Shown here in pieces: positions 40,113 to 52,012 of a stretch of 64,000 nt of DNA. The DNA comes from Octopus bimaculoides (Eukaryota), in assembly GCF_001194135.2 (NCBI RefSeq), contig NC_068998.1, positions 2,728,423-2,792,422 of the forward strand, given 5' to 3'. How positions within the stretch are numbered: the stretch's first letter is position 1; each line of letters opens with the position of its first letter. Under the pieces are notes generated by a model. That model did no database searches. It was not told where the DNA came from and saw only the letters and a program-made list of their open reading frames with translations. Made by a program: the position numbers and the translations under genes.

Positions 40113-42599
40113 TGATAATAATGATGATGATGATGATGATGATGATGATGCTGGTTGATTCTGATTTTTGTAGAAGACCAACAGTTCTGAGGGGAAGTGG
40201 TTTACATTGATCTCAGGATTTAAGTGCTGCTTGATTTTTACTGATTCCCAAAAGGATGAAAGGCAAGGTTGGCCTTCGTAGTGCTTGAGCTCAGAATAAA
40301 ACAACAAGATGACAATAGCAACTGGATCAATACATGTGATAGAGAAAAATTGAATGAGTCCATAAGATTGAAAATCTCAGAGTAAGATAAAGTAGCCATG
40401 TTGGTGACACTCCTGGCCTGGCCTAGCACTCTTGTCGGACAAAGAGAGTTTCATTTGATCTGATCAACGGAACAGCCTGCTTGGGAAATTAATGTGCAAG
40501 TGGCTGAGCACTCCACAGACACACGTACACTTTACATGGCACTCAGGGAGATTCAGTGTGACACAGAATTTGACTAGGCCGACCTTTTGATTTACATGTA
40601 CAACTCATTGCACCTAGAAAGTTACCCTCCGAGGCACAAGTCTGAGCAAGGTTGTTTATGGAAGACCAGCAGTCGCCCATGCATACCGGCCTGTCCTCTC
40701 TAAGCCACCAATATCATCCAAGGGAAAGGAAAAGGGGCCGATACAGCTTGGCACCAGTGATGTCACAACTCATTTCTACAGCTGAGTGAACTGGAGCAAT
40801 GTGAAATAAAGTGTTTTGCTCAAGAACACAACACACAGCTCAGTCTGGGAATTGAACTCACTATCTCATGACTGAGCCTGACACTCTAACCACTGAACCA
40901 TGTGCCTTCACAGCCTATACATTACCCACTACATCTTTTACACAGCTACATGCTACAGCCTATACTCTACACTTAACAGCTACATACTACACACCACTAC
41001 AATGCTTACACACTAAAACTTACTAATACAGCAACACGCTACCTCCTGCACGACTACACACCACCACTGCACTACATCCCACACAGTTGCTGTTGTAGAC
41101 TACAAAATGAATCAATAAAACAACAGGCAATGCAGCAGATGGAAGAAGACTGCAGAATGTCTTGGAGAAAATGGTAAATATTAGAGAATTGGAAGCTAAA
41201 TTCTTCTATTCTCTTTCTCCTCCTCCTCCTCCTCTTGCCATCTATTAGCTTTGTTTTTGTTTTTTTTTTCTATTTAAATTTGTTTCGTTGTTTTCTTGTG
41301 TTTATTTCTGTTAGCGATGGAAGTGACAAAGGAAATTATTTGGTCTGTCAAAGACAATTATCTGAAAACCGAGTCTGTGCTGTCACCTTGTTCTTTGGCA
41401 AAGAGTATTTTATATTTAAAAGTCAATCAGTGGAGTTTGATCCGATTTGGAAGAGCTCAATGGGAAATATTGATTCCAGCCTTCGACAATGGGAAAGAGA
41501 ACGATGGAAATGTATGTTCGTATAGGCATACGCGTATGTAAAAATTATTATTATATATGCATTCTGTGTAAACACAAACAACTATATACATATATATATA
41601 TATACATGCACACATACATACATATATATATATATATACATGCACACATACATACATATATATACACGCACACATACATATACATGCACACATACATATA
41701 TATTCATGAACACGTACATATATATATACACACACACATACATACGTATATATATATGGATATATACACGCACACATACATACATATACACGCACACACA
41801 TACATACATATATGTATTTATGTTTACATATACACACACACATACATTATTTTAACTACTCTTTTTCATATTTACAATGGTTGGACAGAATTGCTGATGT
41901 GGATTTTCTATGTCTGGATGATCTTCCTGTCACCAAACCTCACCTGTTTCCAAGTAAGGTAATATTTCTCCATGACCAGACATGTTTCCAACGAAGATTG
42001 GAAACAAAGGTCACTGTTTGCATAGTGGTGACACTTGTTCTTTCAGATGGAAACTGAAAGAATCCCATTGTGTATGTGTGTGTGTTTGTGTCTGCCCCCC
42101 CCCCCACTCACACCACTTGACAGTCCGTGTTGGTGTGTTTACATTGCTGCAACTTAGCAGTTCAGCAAAAGAGACTGATATAAGAATCAGGCTAAAAAAA
42201 AAAATGAAAAGAAGTACTGGTGTGCATTTGTTCAACTAAAATTCTTCAAGGTGGTGCTCCAGCATGGCAGCAGTCTAATGACTGAAACAAGTAAAAGAAA
42301 GATAAAAGAAACATCCAATTTCGGAACCAATAAAAAAATTTCCCAATCCTGTTCCATGATGTGTCGAATCTCGCTTCAATTCTTTCTCATCTTTAAAACA
42401 CATGACACATGTTATGCGATGAAGATAAGCATATACTTCATCAATAACAATTGGAGATCTATCGACAGGTAGAAGGCTGAGCAAACAATGTGATGGAATC
42501 AATATCAGCAGGTGGAATATTTCAACCAATGAACTGACAGAGATTTAGGAACCAACACTAAGTTCTTGTGCACTAAGATAACATACAACATTTGCACAA

Positions 42600-43320
42600 T
42601 ATAACAACACAGCTGCCTAACAACACAAGACATCACACAAAACTGCAGCCTAACGACTGTGGTGCTTAATAATAGAGCCCTGCAACATTCTTCTAAAAAT
42701 TTTTGGGAACAAGCGAATAACAAAATCAGATTCAGCATGAAAAATTACATCAATATACCAAATTGGAAAATTTTCATTGCATTTTAAAATTTCAAAAACT
42801 GTGACAGCAATAGAAAAGACCTGAGCTGCTTAACAACAAAGGTGGTTAACAAAAGAGATGCCTAACAACAGAAATAACATCACATCACACTAACAACACA
42901 GCTGGTTAACAACAGAGCACACTGACAACAAATCTGGCAAACAATGCATCACAATAACAACACAGCACACCAGCATCACAACTGACTAACAACACAGTAA
43001 ATTAACAATGATTCATCTCACTAACAATCACCACCACACAACCCAAACACCATACAACATTTGTAGAAGAGGTCAACACACGGCACTAACAGCATAGCAC
43101 ACTAATAACATATCGCTATCACATCAACCATGTAGAACACTAACAACTCATAGCAACAACAATGCACCACACCAACAACACAACCACACTGATGATACAA
43201 CAGTCAGACCAACAACACAACCAACCAACCAACCGTCACACCATGGCAACCAACAACAACGCACCACACTAACAACATACACACCAGTATCACAACGCAG
43301 CACAGTGATAACATTACCTC
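42600..43320. repeat. Degenerate C/A-rich tandem repeat (ctaacaacacagcaca-like)
   Basis: Many diverged taacaacac units; strongly G/T-poor on the plus strand. Confidence 0.7.
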
Positions 43321-44038
43321 TTTAACATGTTTGACAAAATTAAACAATGATGTCATTAATTTAAATATTATTTTGGAAAAAACAAAGTATTTTTAAATGG
43401 AAAAAATTTTTTCCAATGTCAAAATACTAAAACTATAAAAAAAACAAGAAACTAAATGAATAAATAAAATGAGATTTCAAAAGAAAATTAAATCAAAAAG
43501 AATTGTTAAAAGGTTATGGTGTGGCAAAAATATCTTTTTCTATGTTGAAAAGCTATTGAAGTGAAACGGTTAGGTTTTCAAGAAATTTTTCATTGGCACC
43601 AACCATCGTAACAGATCACTTGCAACTTGGATCCTTCTTTTTACCATTATCTCCATCCAAGTTAATGGTCAAACGGAATCAATCTGTGCATAGTCATGTG
43701 ATCATGGGACTACGCTTATGGCCACAAAGGAGTTACCTACACTTCTGGTGAAAAACAGATTACAGACTCCTTAAGGGCTGGCGATAGGAGGAGCATCAAG
43801 ATGTGAAATAAGGCCTTGGATAACACCCTGTCTAACCCATACCAGCATGGAGAAATACCGTCCATGACAGACTTGCATCTCATCCAGGGATGCGGGTGGA
43901 GTTAGCTTTTATCTGTTTCACAATAAGGAAACTACAATTAAGCAGTGGCGCTTCTCATGCTTTAAGAATGGTAAAATATGTGTTACGGCTATCTTGTTAG
44001 CTGGTTCCTGCAAGAGAAAACCTGGAAGACATCATACA

Positions 44039-44078
<40 letters not shown>

Positions 44079-45444
44079 ACTTCCTTTGGGCTCATCATAT
44101 TTACATGAATAATTCTATCAAAGACCATTCTACAAATTGAAAGTGGCGGCAATGAGGTGGGGAGGGAGGGGACAACGATGAAAGTAAAACAAAAACCAAA
44201 AAAACAAAACGATTCCCTCCCGCCTCCCCTTAAAAAAAAACTTCAAAATAATGAAACATAACAAAAGAAACTGAAAATTCTAATGATTTGAGACACTGCA
44301 ATAATAATAATAATAATAATAAAAGCAACCAGAACAATCATAACAACAACACCATTAGACAACAACAACAACAACAACAATAATAATAATAATTATATGA
44401 CAAATATGGCAATAACAAACTTATTGAAACTAAACTATTGATTCCATTTTTTTGTTACCAAAATAATAAGATTGGTGGTGGTGGTGACAGTGCTGTTTGG
44501 TGATGGTGGTAGAAAGTAGTAGTAGTAGTAGTAATGGTTGTAGTAGTTGTGGTGGTGGTGGTGGTTGTGCTAGTAATAGTGGTATTGTTGTTGATGATAC
44601 CATTATTATTATTATTATTAATAGCAGCAGCAGCAGTAGTAGTAGTGGTAGTAGAAGTAAACATTAATAAATATATTAATATATGTAGCATAGAAATAAT
44701 TTTAAAAATCTCTAATTGTGAAAATGAAAGAGAAAATTAAGAGAGCCATGTTTTGATATAGTGTTTATTGTGTGTTTTTTTGGTGGGGTGGGTGGGTGGC
44801 GGGTTACGAGTTTTTTGGACAACAAAATGTTGATTTATATTTCAAATGTAAATATAAACAATAAAGATAGTTACTTTTATTTAACAAACTGACAACATAA
44901 TTATTTTTAAAAATATGGTTGGCAAAAAAAACAAAAAAACTGAGGCCGTAGAAAGATAAATATTTAAAATGATAATGGTTTCAAATTTTGGTAGAAGGCC
45001 AGTAATTTCGGAGGAGGGGGTAAGTTGATTACATTGAGACCAGGGTAAAACTGGTACTTTATTTCATTGGCTCTGAAAGGATGGAGGCCAAAATGGACCT
45101 CAGCAGAATTTGAATTCAGAACATAAAGCTGGAAGAGATGATACCAGCGAACATTCTGTCTGGATGGTAACGATTCCGCCAGCTCACTACCTTTACCAAT
45201 AACACTAATATTAATAATGTATAATGAAGGTACAACCAGTAACAACACACAGGAGGCATTTCTTTTTTCTGTTAATGATGGGGTTAGTAAGAGAGTCTTC
45301 TCCCTTTTTGCTTTATCCCGTAGCCCCCAAACACACACCCACACCAATCCCCTTGACCTTATTTGCTTCTCCATGTTCTTCGGTCAAATATTTTATTTCA
45401 ATCAACTTATACATACCACATGAACATATAGATAAGAAAGATGG

Positions 45445-45780
45445 GCATACATATTGAAATGGTTACGTGGTAGAGAGAAGGCGGACAAATATAACAAAAT
45501 GATTGCATTGTGGGGAAAGGGGGGGCATACATAGTGAAATGGCCACATGGTAAAGAGAGGTAATACATATTAAAAGGGCTACATGGTAGAGAGAGGGGAC
45601 ACATTTAAAAAAGACTACATGGTTAGGAGTAAAGGGACAAGACCTACATTTAGAAAAGGTCAAATAGTAGCGAAGGAGGACATAGAAACTGAACTGGCTA
45701 CATGGCAGGGCTACATGGCAGGGAGAAGGGAGCATGCATATTGAGATGGCTACATGGTAAGAAGAGGAAAAAGATAAGGT
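45445..45780. repeat. Degenerate minisatellite, ~33-38-bp unit, roughly 8-9 copies
   Basis: Recurring catacatattgaaatggctacatggtagagagagggg-like unit. Confidence 0.75.
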
Positions 45781-47086
45781 GGAATACTTGTGATTTTGAT
45801 TAGGGAGGAGGTAAGGCATTCAAATACAAAAGTTTTATTTAGTTTCGAAATTGCAACAAAGAGAAAGAAAAGAAAAAGGTACTGAAAATTCAATTTATAT
45901 TTTTGTTTTAAAAATCAATTATTTGTTATAATCTTTTAAATTTAATTAATAAAACTCCTTTCACCCCCGGCTCTCCCCACTGCCAATCTCTTTGTATCTA
46001 TCAGATGAAATGAAACTATAATGTTAAATTAAAAAAGAAAGAAATTGAGAATAGGAATTGTGATTCTTTTTGTTTTATTAATTCAAAAATAAATTATGAT
46101 TCACATATCTATTTTTGTATATATGTGTGTGTGCATATATGTGTGAGTGTATGTATGTATGTGTGTATATATACATGCACACACACAGACGCATATATAC
46201 ACATATGCAAACATACGTATATACACTCACACATACACACACGCAAACATACATATATACACTCATTCACACACGTACATGTATATAAAAACTAAATTAA
46301 AATGATTTTCCTTTGTATCAATTATAATATTCCTATGATAAAGCCACAGGGCAGCAACAGTTGGAACAAATACCACAAGGTACCTGTTCCAAAGTTCTTA
46401 TAGTTCCACTCCTCTACCACCTTCAATTGGTAGCTGTTTTTATCAACCCCAAATTAAGAAACTTGAAGTCGACCTCGGTGGGAATTGAACTCAAAACACA
46501 AAGAGTCACAACTGATACTGCGATACATTCTGACCAATTCATTGTCATTGATGATGCTAGAGCTTAACACTAGGTGAAACCTCATCAGACACGCATGTCA
46601 CCCACAGACATTCCAGTGTTGACCATCTCATCTCATCCTTGTCCTTTTCAGGTTCACATTACTCCGAAAGGCACATACGGTTGGTTTCCCAGTTTCTCTA
46701 GCAACTGACTTGGTTAACAACCACAAAATTATTAACCATCGTGCCAACAACCATCTTAAGCACCCCTTTAAGCTCCATGGACAAAATAACAACCAGAGTA
46801 CCACAGGTCAGTTTGGTGTGGGGCTTCAAAGTACCAAAACACAAGAGGAAGAGAGAAAAGGAGAGAGGCAGGCCCATCAAATAGATCTTCTGTGGTGGGG
46901 TGCATAGCTTTTTGGTTGAAAGATGCAAAAGGTCAAGAATCCAACCCAAATGCACAACAAAGAAAGGTCCGCAGTGGGTGGCAAGGAAATAAACTCCATG
47001 AAACATGTCAGTCTGTAGTCTTAGATGTTTTCTGCTCGATCATCTTTTTTATTCCAAAAACTACAACGCTGTGGTTTGCCCATTAC

Positions 47087-47126
<40 letters not shown>

Positions 47127-47228
47127 CATACATGTACATTGATGGATCAAAATCAATTTATGCAGATAACTTTACATATCATAATCACCACCAACCAACC
47201 AACCACCGCAACCACTGTCCAATATACA

Positions 47229-47275
<47 letters not shown>

Positions 47276-47511
47276 CTGCGTAAGTTATGCAGTTACTTGT
47301 TTTCGTGATAATCAGGGAACTAGTAGAAAGTTAGTACCAATTTGGCAGTGATATATGCGTGTGTGTGTGTGTGTGTTTGGGTGTATGTGTTACATGCAAG
47401 TGCTACATGTACAGGTCATGGTGACTGTTTTACTGTTTGCTGGGAAAGAGAAGGGTTTCTATATACATCCCTGGATCACTGTGTGTGTATTTCTCTCTCT
47501 CTCTCTCTCTT

Positions 47512-47544
<33 letters not shown>

Positions 47545-47667
47545 TCATTCACAAACATATATATATATATATATATACACATACACATACATGCATGCAT
47601 ATATATTTGTGTGTGTTGAGTGAGAAGCGAGAAGTGAAGAAAGAGAAAAAGGAAGAAAATGAATGTT

Positions 47668-47723
<56 letters not shown>

Positions 47724-48130
47724 AAGGTGAAATGAGAGGGAGAGAGGTAGAGTTAACTTGAATATCAATACTGCCTCCTCCTCCTCCTCTCACTAATATA
47801 CACACTTTCTAACTCCTCTCTCTCTCACTTTTTCTCTCCTCTACCCCTCACTCCTTCAACTCCAACAAGAAAGATACAAAGTCGGGAAGCCCAGGAATCC
47901 AATATTTACAACTCATCAGTATCTTCCACACACACACACACACACACACGCAGACTTTTATGCCTCTGCCACCCACTCAATCCATATCTCTTTGTGAATG
48001 CGTCATTTTCACAACACACACAAAATGGAGAGAAGCAAGGCACATACCATTCCAGTCAATCCATATTATTCTTCCAATCTAAAAACTTGTTTATCTGTCT
48101 CTCATTTGTGTGTGATGTAGTCGGTTACAG

Positions 48131-48209
48131 CTGGTCAGTGAGTGACCATTGGGTTTGCACCTATTATACTCTTAGCAATATAGGTGACCCATCAGACCTG
48201 CTGGCCAGA
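48131..48209 (-). ncRNA. Second, core-mutated hammerhead-like motif (inverted copy of the above)
   Basis: Seen on minus strand: CTGGCCAGCAGGT-CTGATGG-GT CACCTAT..ATAGGTG C-AAA-CC caat GG-TC-ACTCACTGACCAG. Core changes (CUGAUGA to CUGAUGG; G of GAAA lost) suggest it is inactive. Confidence 0.55.
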
Positions 48210-48314
48210 GGTACACGACCTCTCTACTACTGGAGGTATGAATACAGTCTTGGTTCTCACAACCCTGACAGACCAAGACTATTCCTACCTCCAGTAGCAA
48301 AGAGGTTATGTGCC

Positions 48315-48395
48315 TCTGGTCAGTAAGTCTGATGACTTGCCTCTATTATTAAGGACAGTAATAGACGTGAAACCAACGGTCACTTCCTGATCAGA
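48315..48395 (+). ncRNA. Minimal type I hammerhead ribozyme-like motif (stem II base degenerate)
   Basis: Seen: stem I TCTGGTCAGTAAGT/ACTTCCTGATCAGA (14 positions, 1 mismatch, 1 G-U); core CTGATGA 48329-48335; stem II TCTATTAT/GTAATAGA; GAAA 48369-48372; stem III A-CC aac GG-T; GUC cleavage triplet ending at 48381. Knowledge: matches the CUGANGA...GAAA...NUH hammerhead topology. Activity not shown. Confidence 0.62.
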
Positions 48396-48889
48396 CATAA
48401 CCAGCAACTACATCATCATCATTTAGTGTTTGTTGTCCATGCTGGCATGGGTTAGACTGTTTGACTGGGCAGGCACACTGAAAGGCTGCACCAGGCTCCA
48501 GTCTGATTTGGCACAGTTTTCAACAGCTGGATGCCCTTCCTAACATCAACCACTCCGAGAGCGTTATGGGTGCTTTGACGTGCTACCAGCATGGGTGTCA
48601 ATTTGTGTCACCAATATCTGCCATGACTGTGATTTTGCTCAGCTTGACGGGTCTTCTTCTCAAATAAGACATAATGCCAAACGTCTTGGTCATTGCCTCT
48701 GTGAGGCCCAACACTCAAAAGGAACTCGACCACTTTGCCTACACGAAATAATATTTCTCAAAGGATTTTGAGTGAGTTTTTTTTCAGACTTATGAACAAC
48801 TGACCAATACATACACATATACACACATATATATATGTATGTGTGTGTGTATATATATACACACATACATACATGGAGGAGGAGACCCC

Positions 48890-49200
48890 CTTCAGTCATG
48901 ACTGACCATGGGATTGCACCTAGAAAGTTACCCTCCAAGGCACAAGTCCAGGCAAGGTTGTTTATGGAAGGCCAGCAGTCGCCCATGCATACTGGTCTCC
49001 CCTCTCCACACCACCGATTTTATCCAAGGGAAAGGCAAAGGGGCCGATACAGCTTGGCACCTGTGATGTCACAACTCCATTTCTACAGCTGAGTGAACTG
49101 GAGTAACGTGAAATAAAGTGTCTTGCTCAAGAACACAACACACAGCTGGTCCGGGAATTGAACTCACAACCTCACAATCGTAAGCTTGATGCTCTAACCA
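48890..49200 (-). mobile_element. SINE family E (same tRNA head as D, different body)
   Basis: Colinear with 40600-40905 (gcacctagaaagttaccctcc.aggcacaagtc...ctacagctgagtgaactggag.aa.gtgaaataaagtg). Confidence 0.75.
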
Positions 49201-49201
49201 C

Positions 49202-49232
<31 letters not shown>

Positions 49233-50517
49233 GGTGATGGTGGTGGTGATGATGGTGATGATGATGATAATGATGATAGTGCTATATCTATCAGTACTAG
49301 AAGTATGTGTGCACGCATCTCTCTCTCTCTCTTTCCCCTTCCATTTCAAACCAGAAAATGGTGGTGGTGCAAAAAATTGGACAAACAAACAAAAAAGGAT
49401 AAGGAAAAAAGAGAAAAAAAAAGAGAAAAAAGGATGAAAAATAAAAAAAATATAAGCAGAGAATTTTTCAATGGAATCCTCATGATTTAAAAAACTTGCT
49501 CAACATGTTCATTGTAACAATATCATAATACATATGAGAGGATGATGGCTTCTGTTAGCAAAGAGCAGGTGATTTTTCACACAAATAACTCTTGGAGAGA
49601 AAATACACAGAAAATATATTAAAAAAAAACAAAAAAACACAGAGATCCAAGCAAGAAGATTAATTGGAACTGTTAAATGTCCATATTACAAAGACAGAGT
49701 CCATTGTTGTTATTGGCAGAAGTCTACAGGAATTCTCTTCAGCAAACCATCAATAGAAATTGCATACCAACCAACCAACCAGCTAACAAGCCAGCCAGCC
49801 AGATGACCAAGGAGCCAGTCAGCCACACAATCTGTTAATGTTAACAAGCTAAATATATTGTGTAATGAATTATTAATGAATTTATAAGAGGCAAATCTAT
49901 ACTCTATACCACCACCACCACCACCAATGAACCAATGTGGGAGCGTCTATGTGGTTGTACCATCTGCTAGAAATAACAGCCAAATTTCCCTTGATCACAC
50001 CCTATCATTTTAAAGCATGGAAGGTTATGATTGATATGGTCCTAAGTTCTCTGCACATAGGGAAAAGAAACGAGTTCAAATCCTACCCAGGACAACTTTG
50101 CTTTTCTTTTTTCCAGGAGTTAATAAAGATACAAGTTCCAATTCAAGATTTGGTTTAGTAGAACTGTAAGAATTTTTGGTAAAATGCCTTGTGGTATTTG
50201 CTCTGACCCATTGTGTTCTGAGTTCAAATCCTGCTATAGACTTATTCCATTATTCAGTTTAACACCACTGCCCCACCACCTTACCACCAGGCTCCTTGGA
50301 TACCTTTAGTGGAATCCACCTTGTTGCAAGCATTTGAGCCGAGTTTGGTATCTAGATACCTTCCACCCCCTTCCACACCCACCAGCCTTGGCAGCCTCAT
50401 AAAGGGTCACGGGCAGGATTAAAAAGACAAAAATAAAACAATGTGCTATATCGGAAATAACCTGAGATTAAACATCAGCATCACCATCAACAACAACAAA
50501 TAATGGACATAACTCAA

Positions 50518-50645
50518 TGGACAGCAGATGCAACGGATGGTGGATGCAATGGACGGCTGATGCATTGGACGGCTGAGACAACGGACAGTAGATGCAACAG
50601 GCGACAGACACAGTGGATGACAGATGCAATGGAACATAACGGATG
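50518..50645. repeat. Degenerate ~16-bp tandem repeat (gatgcaatggacggca-like)
   Basis: About eight diverged units. It explains the quasi-repetitive ORFs 50446..50799 and 50468..50653. Confidence 0.7.
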
Positions 50646-51360
50646 GTGAACAAAATGTTTTACAATAGTCGTATGTTCGTCGAGTAAACGAGAAATAAAT
50701 GGTCCCTTCAAACTGCCTAACAATTGGGGTCAGTTGAGCATCTGAAAATACATCCCATTGCCACCTCCTTCCCAGTCTCTGCCTACCTCCCCACCACATT
50801 CATTAACCCCCTCCCACACACACACACTTCCTCAATTGATAACTATGGCCCAGGGTTTCTAGGAGAGCTAATCTTCTGCATTGCCGTTCCTACTGCCAGC
50901 TGGACGAGTTACAATGGTTATCATTATACTGAGCCATTTTTAGGACAGTCAGATATTCTGGCATATTTTTTGATAATGATATTTCTCTTAAAGGTGACGA
51001 GCTGGCAGAATCGTTAGCAAAATGCCCAGCGGTATTTTGTCCATCTTTTTGACCCCAGAACTTATTCTTTGTAAGCCTAGTACTTATTCTATCTGTATCT
51101 TTGCCGAACCGCTAAGTTACGGGGACGTAAACACACTAGCATCAGTTCTCAAGTGATGTTGGGGAGAAACCGCACACATATATATGATGGGTTTCTTTCA
51201 GTTTCCGTCTACCAAATCCACTCACAAGGCTTTGGTCGGCCTGAGGCTATAGTAGAAGATACTTGCCTAAGGTACCACATAGTGGGACTGAACCTGGAAG
51301 CATGTGGTTGGTAAGCAAGCTACTTACTACACAGCCACGCCTATATATATATATATATAT

Positions 51361-51981
51361 NNNNNNNNNNNNNNNNNNNNNNNNNNNNNNNNNNNNNNNN
51401 NNNNNNNNNNNNNNNNNNNNNNNNNNNNNNNNNNNNNNNNNNNNNNNNNNNNNNNNNNNNNNNNNNNNNNNNNNNNNNNNNNNNNNNNNNNNNNNNNNNN
51501 NNNNNNNNNNNNNNNNNNNNNNNNNNNNNNNNNNNNNNNNNNNNNNNNNNNNNNNNNNNNNNNNNNNNNNNNNNNNNNNNNNNNNNNNNNNNNNNNNNNN
51601 NNNNNNNNNNNNNNNNNNNNNNNNNNNNNNNNNNNNNNNNNNNNNNNNNNNNNNNNNNNNNNNNNNNNNNNNNNNNNNNNNNNNNNNNNNNNNNNNNNNN
51701 NNNNNNNNNNNNNNNNNNNNNNNNNNNNNNNNNNNNNNNNNNNNNNNNNNNNNNNNNNNNNNNNNNNNNNNNNNNNNNNNNNNNNNNNNNNNNNNNNNNN
51801 NNNNNNNNNNNNNNNNNNNNNNNNNNNNNNNNNNNNNNNNNNNNNNNNNNNNNNNNNNNNNNNNNNNNNNNNNNNNNNNNNNNNNNNNNNNNNNNNNNNN
51901 NNNNNNNNNNNNNNNNNNNNNNNNNNNNNNNNNNNNNNNNNNNNNNNNNNNNNNNNNNNNNNNNNNNNNNNNNNNNNNNNN
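51361..51981. other. Assembly gap (N run)
   Basis: Run of N flanked by (TA)n. Confidence 1.

Positions 51982-52012
<31 letters not shown>

Noticed and set aside
42320-42600. Complex sequence with an 84-aa minus ORF, possibly a transposase or exon fragment
   Set aside because: No motif I can name with confidence and no paired splice sites.
45445-45780. CRISPR-like periodicity (~35-bp spacing)
   Set aside because: The units are diverged tandem copies rather than identical repeats with unique spacers. The context is eukaryotic and there are no cas genes.
46560-46600. CTGATGAG on the minus strand as a third hammerhead
   Set aside because: There is no downstream GAAA or stem III/NUH arrangement.
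46651-46806. Plus-strand exon-like stretch (ttttcag ... ACAG|gtcagt) as a partner of the 41315 island
   Set aside because: Its only open reading starts in phase 2, which matches neither end phase (0 or 1) of the 41315 island. The adjacent sequence looks like decayed LINE.
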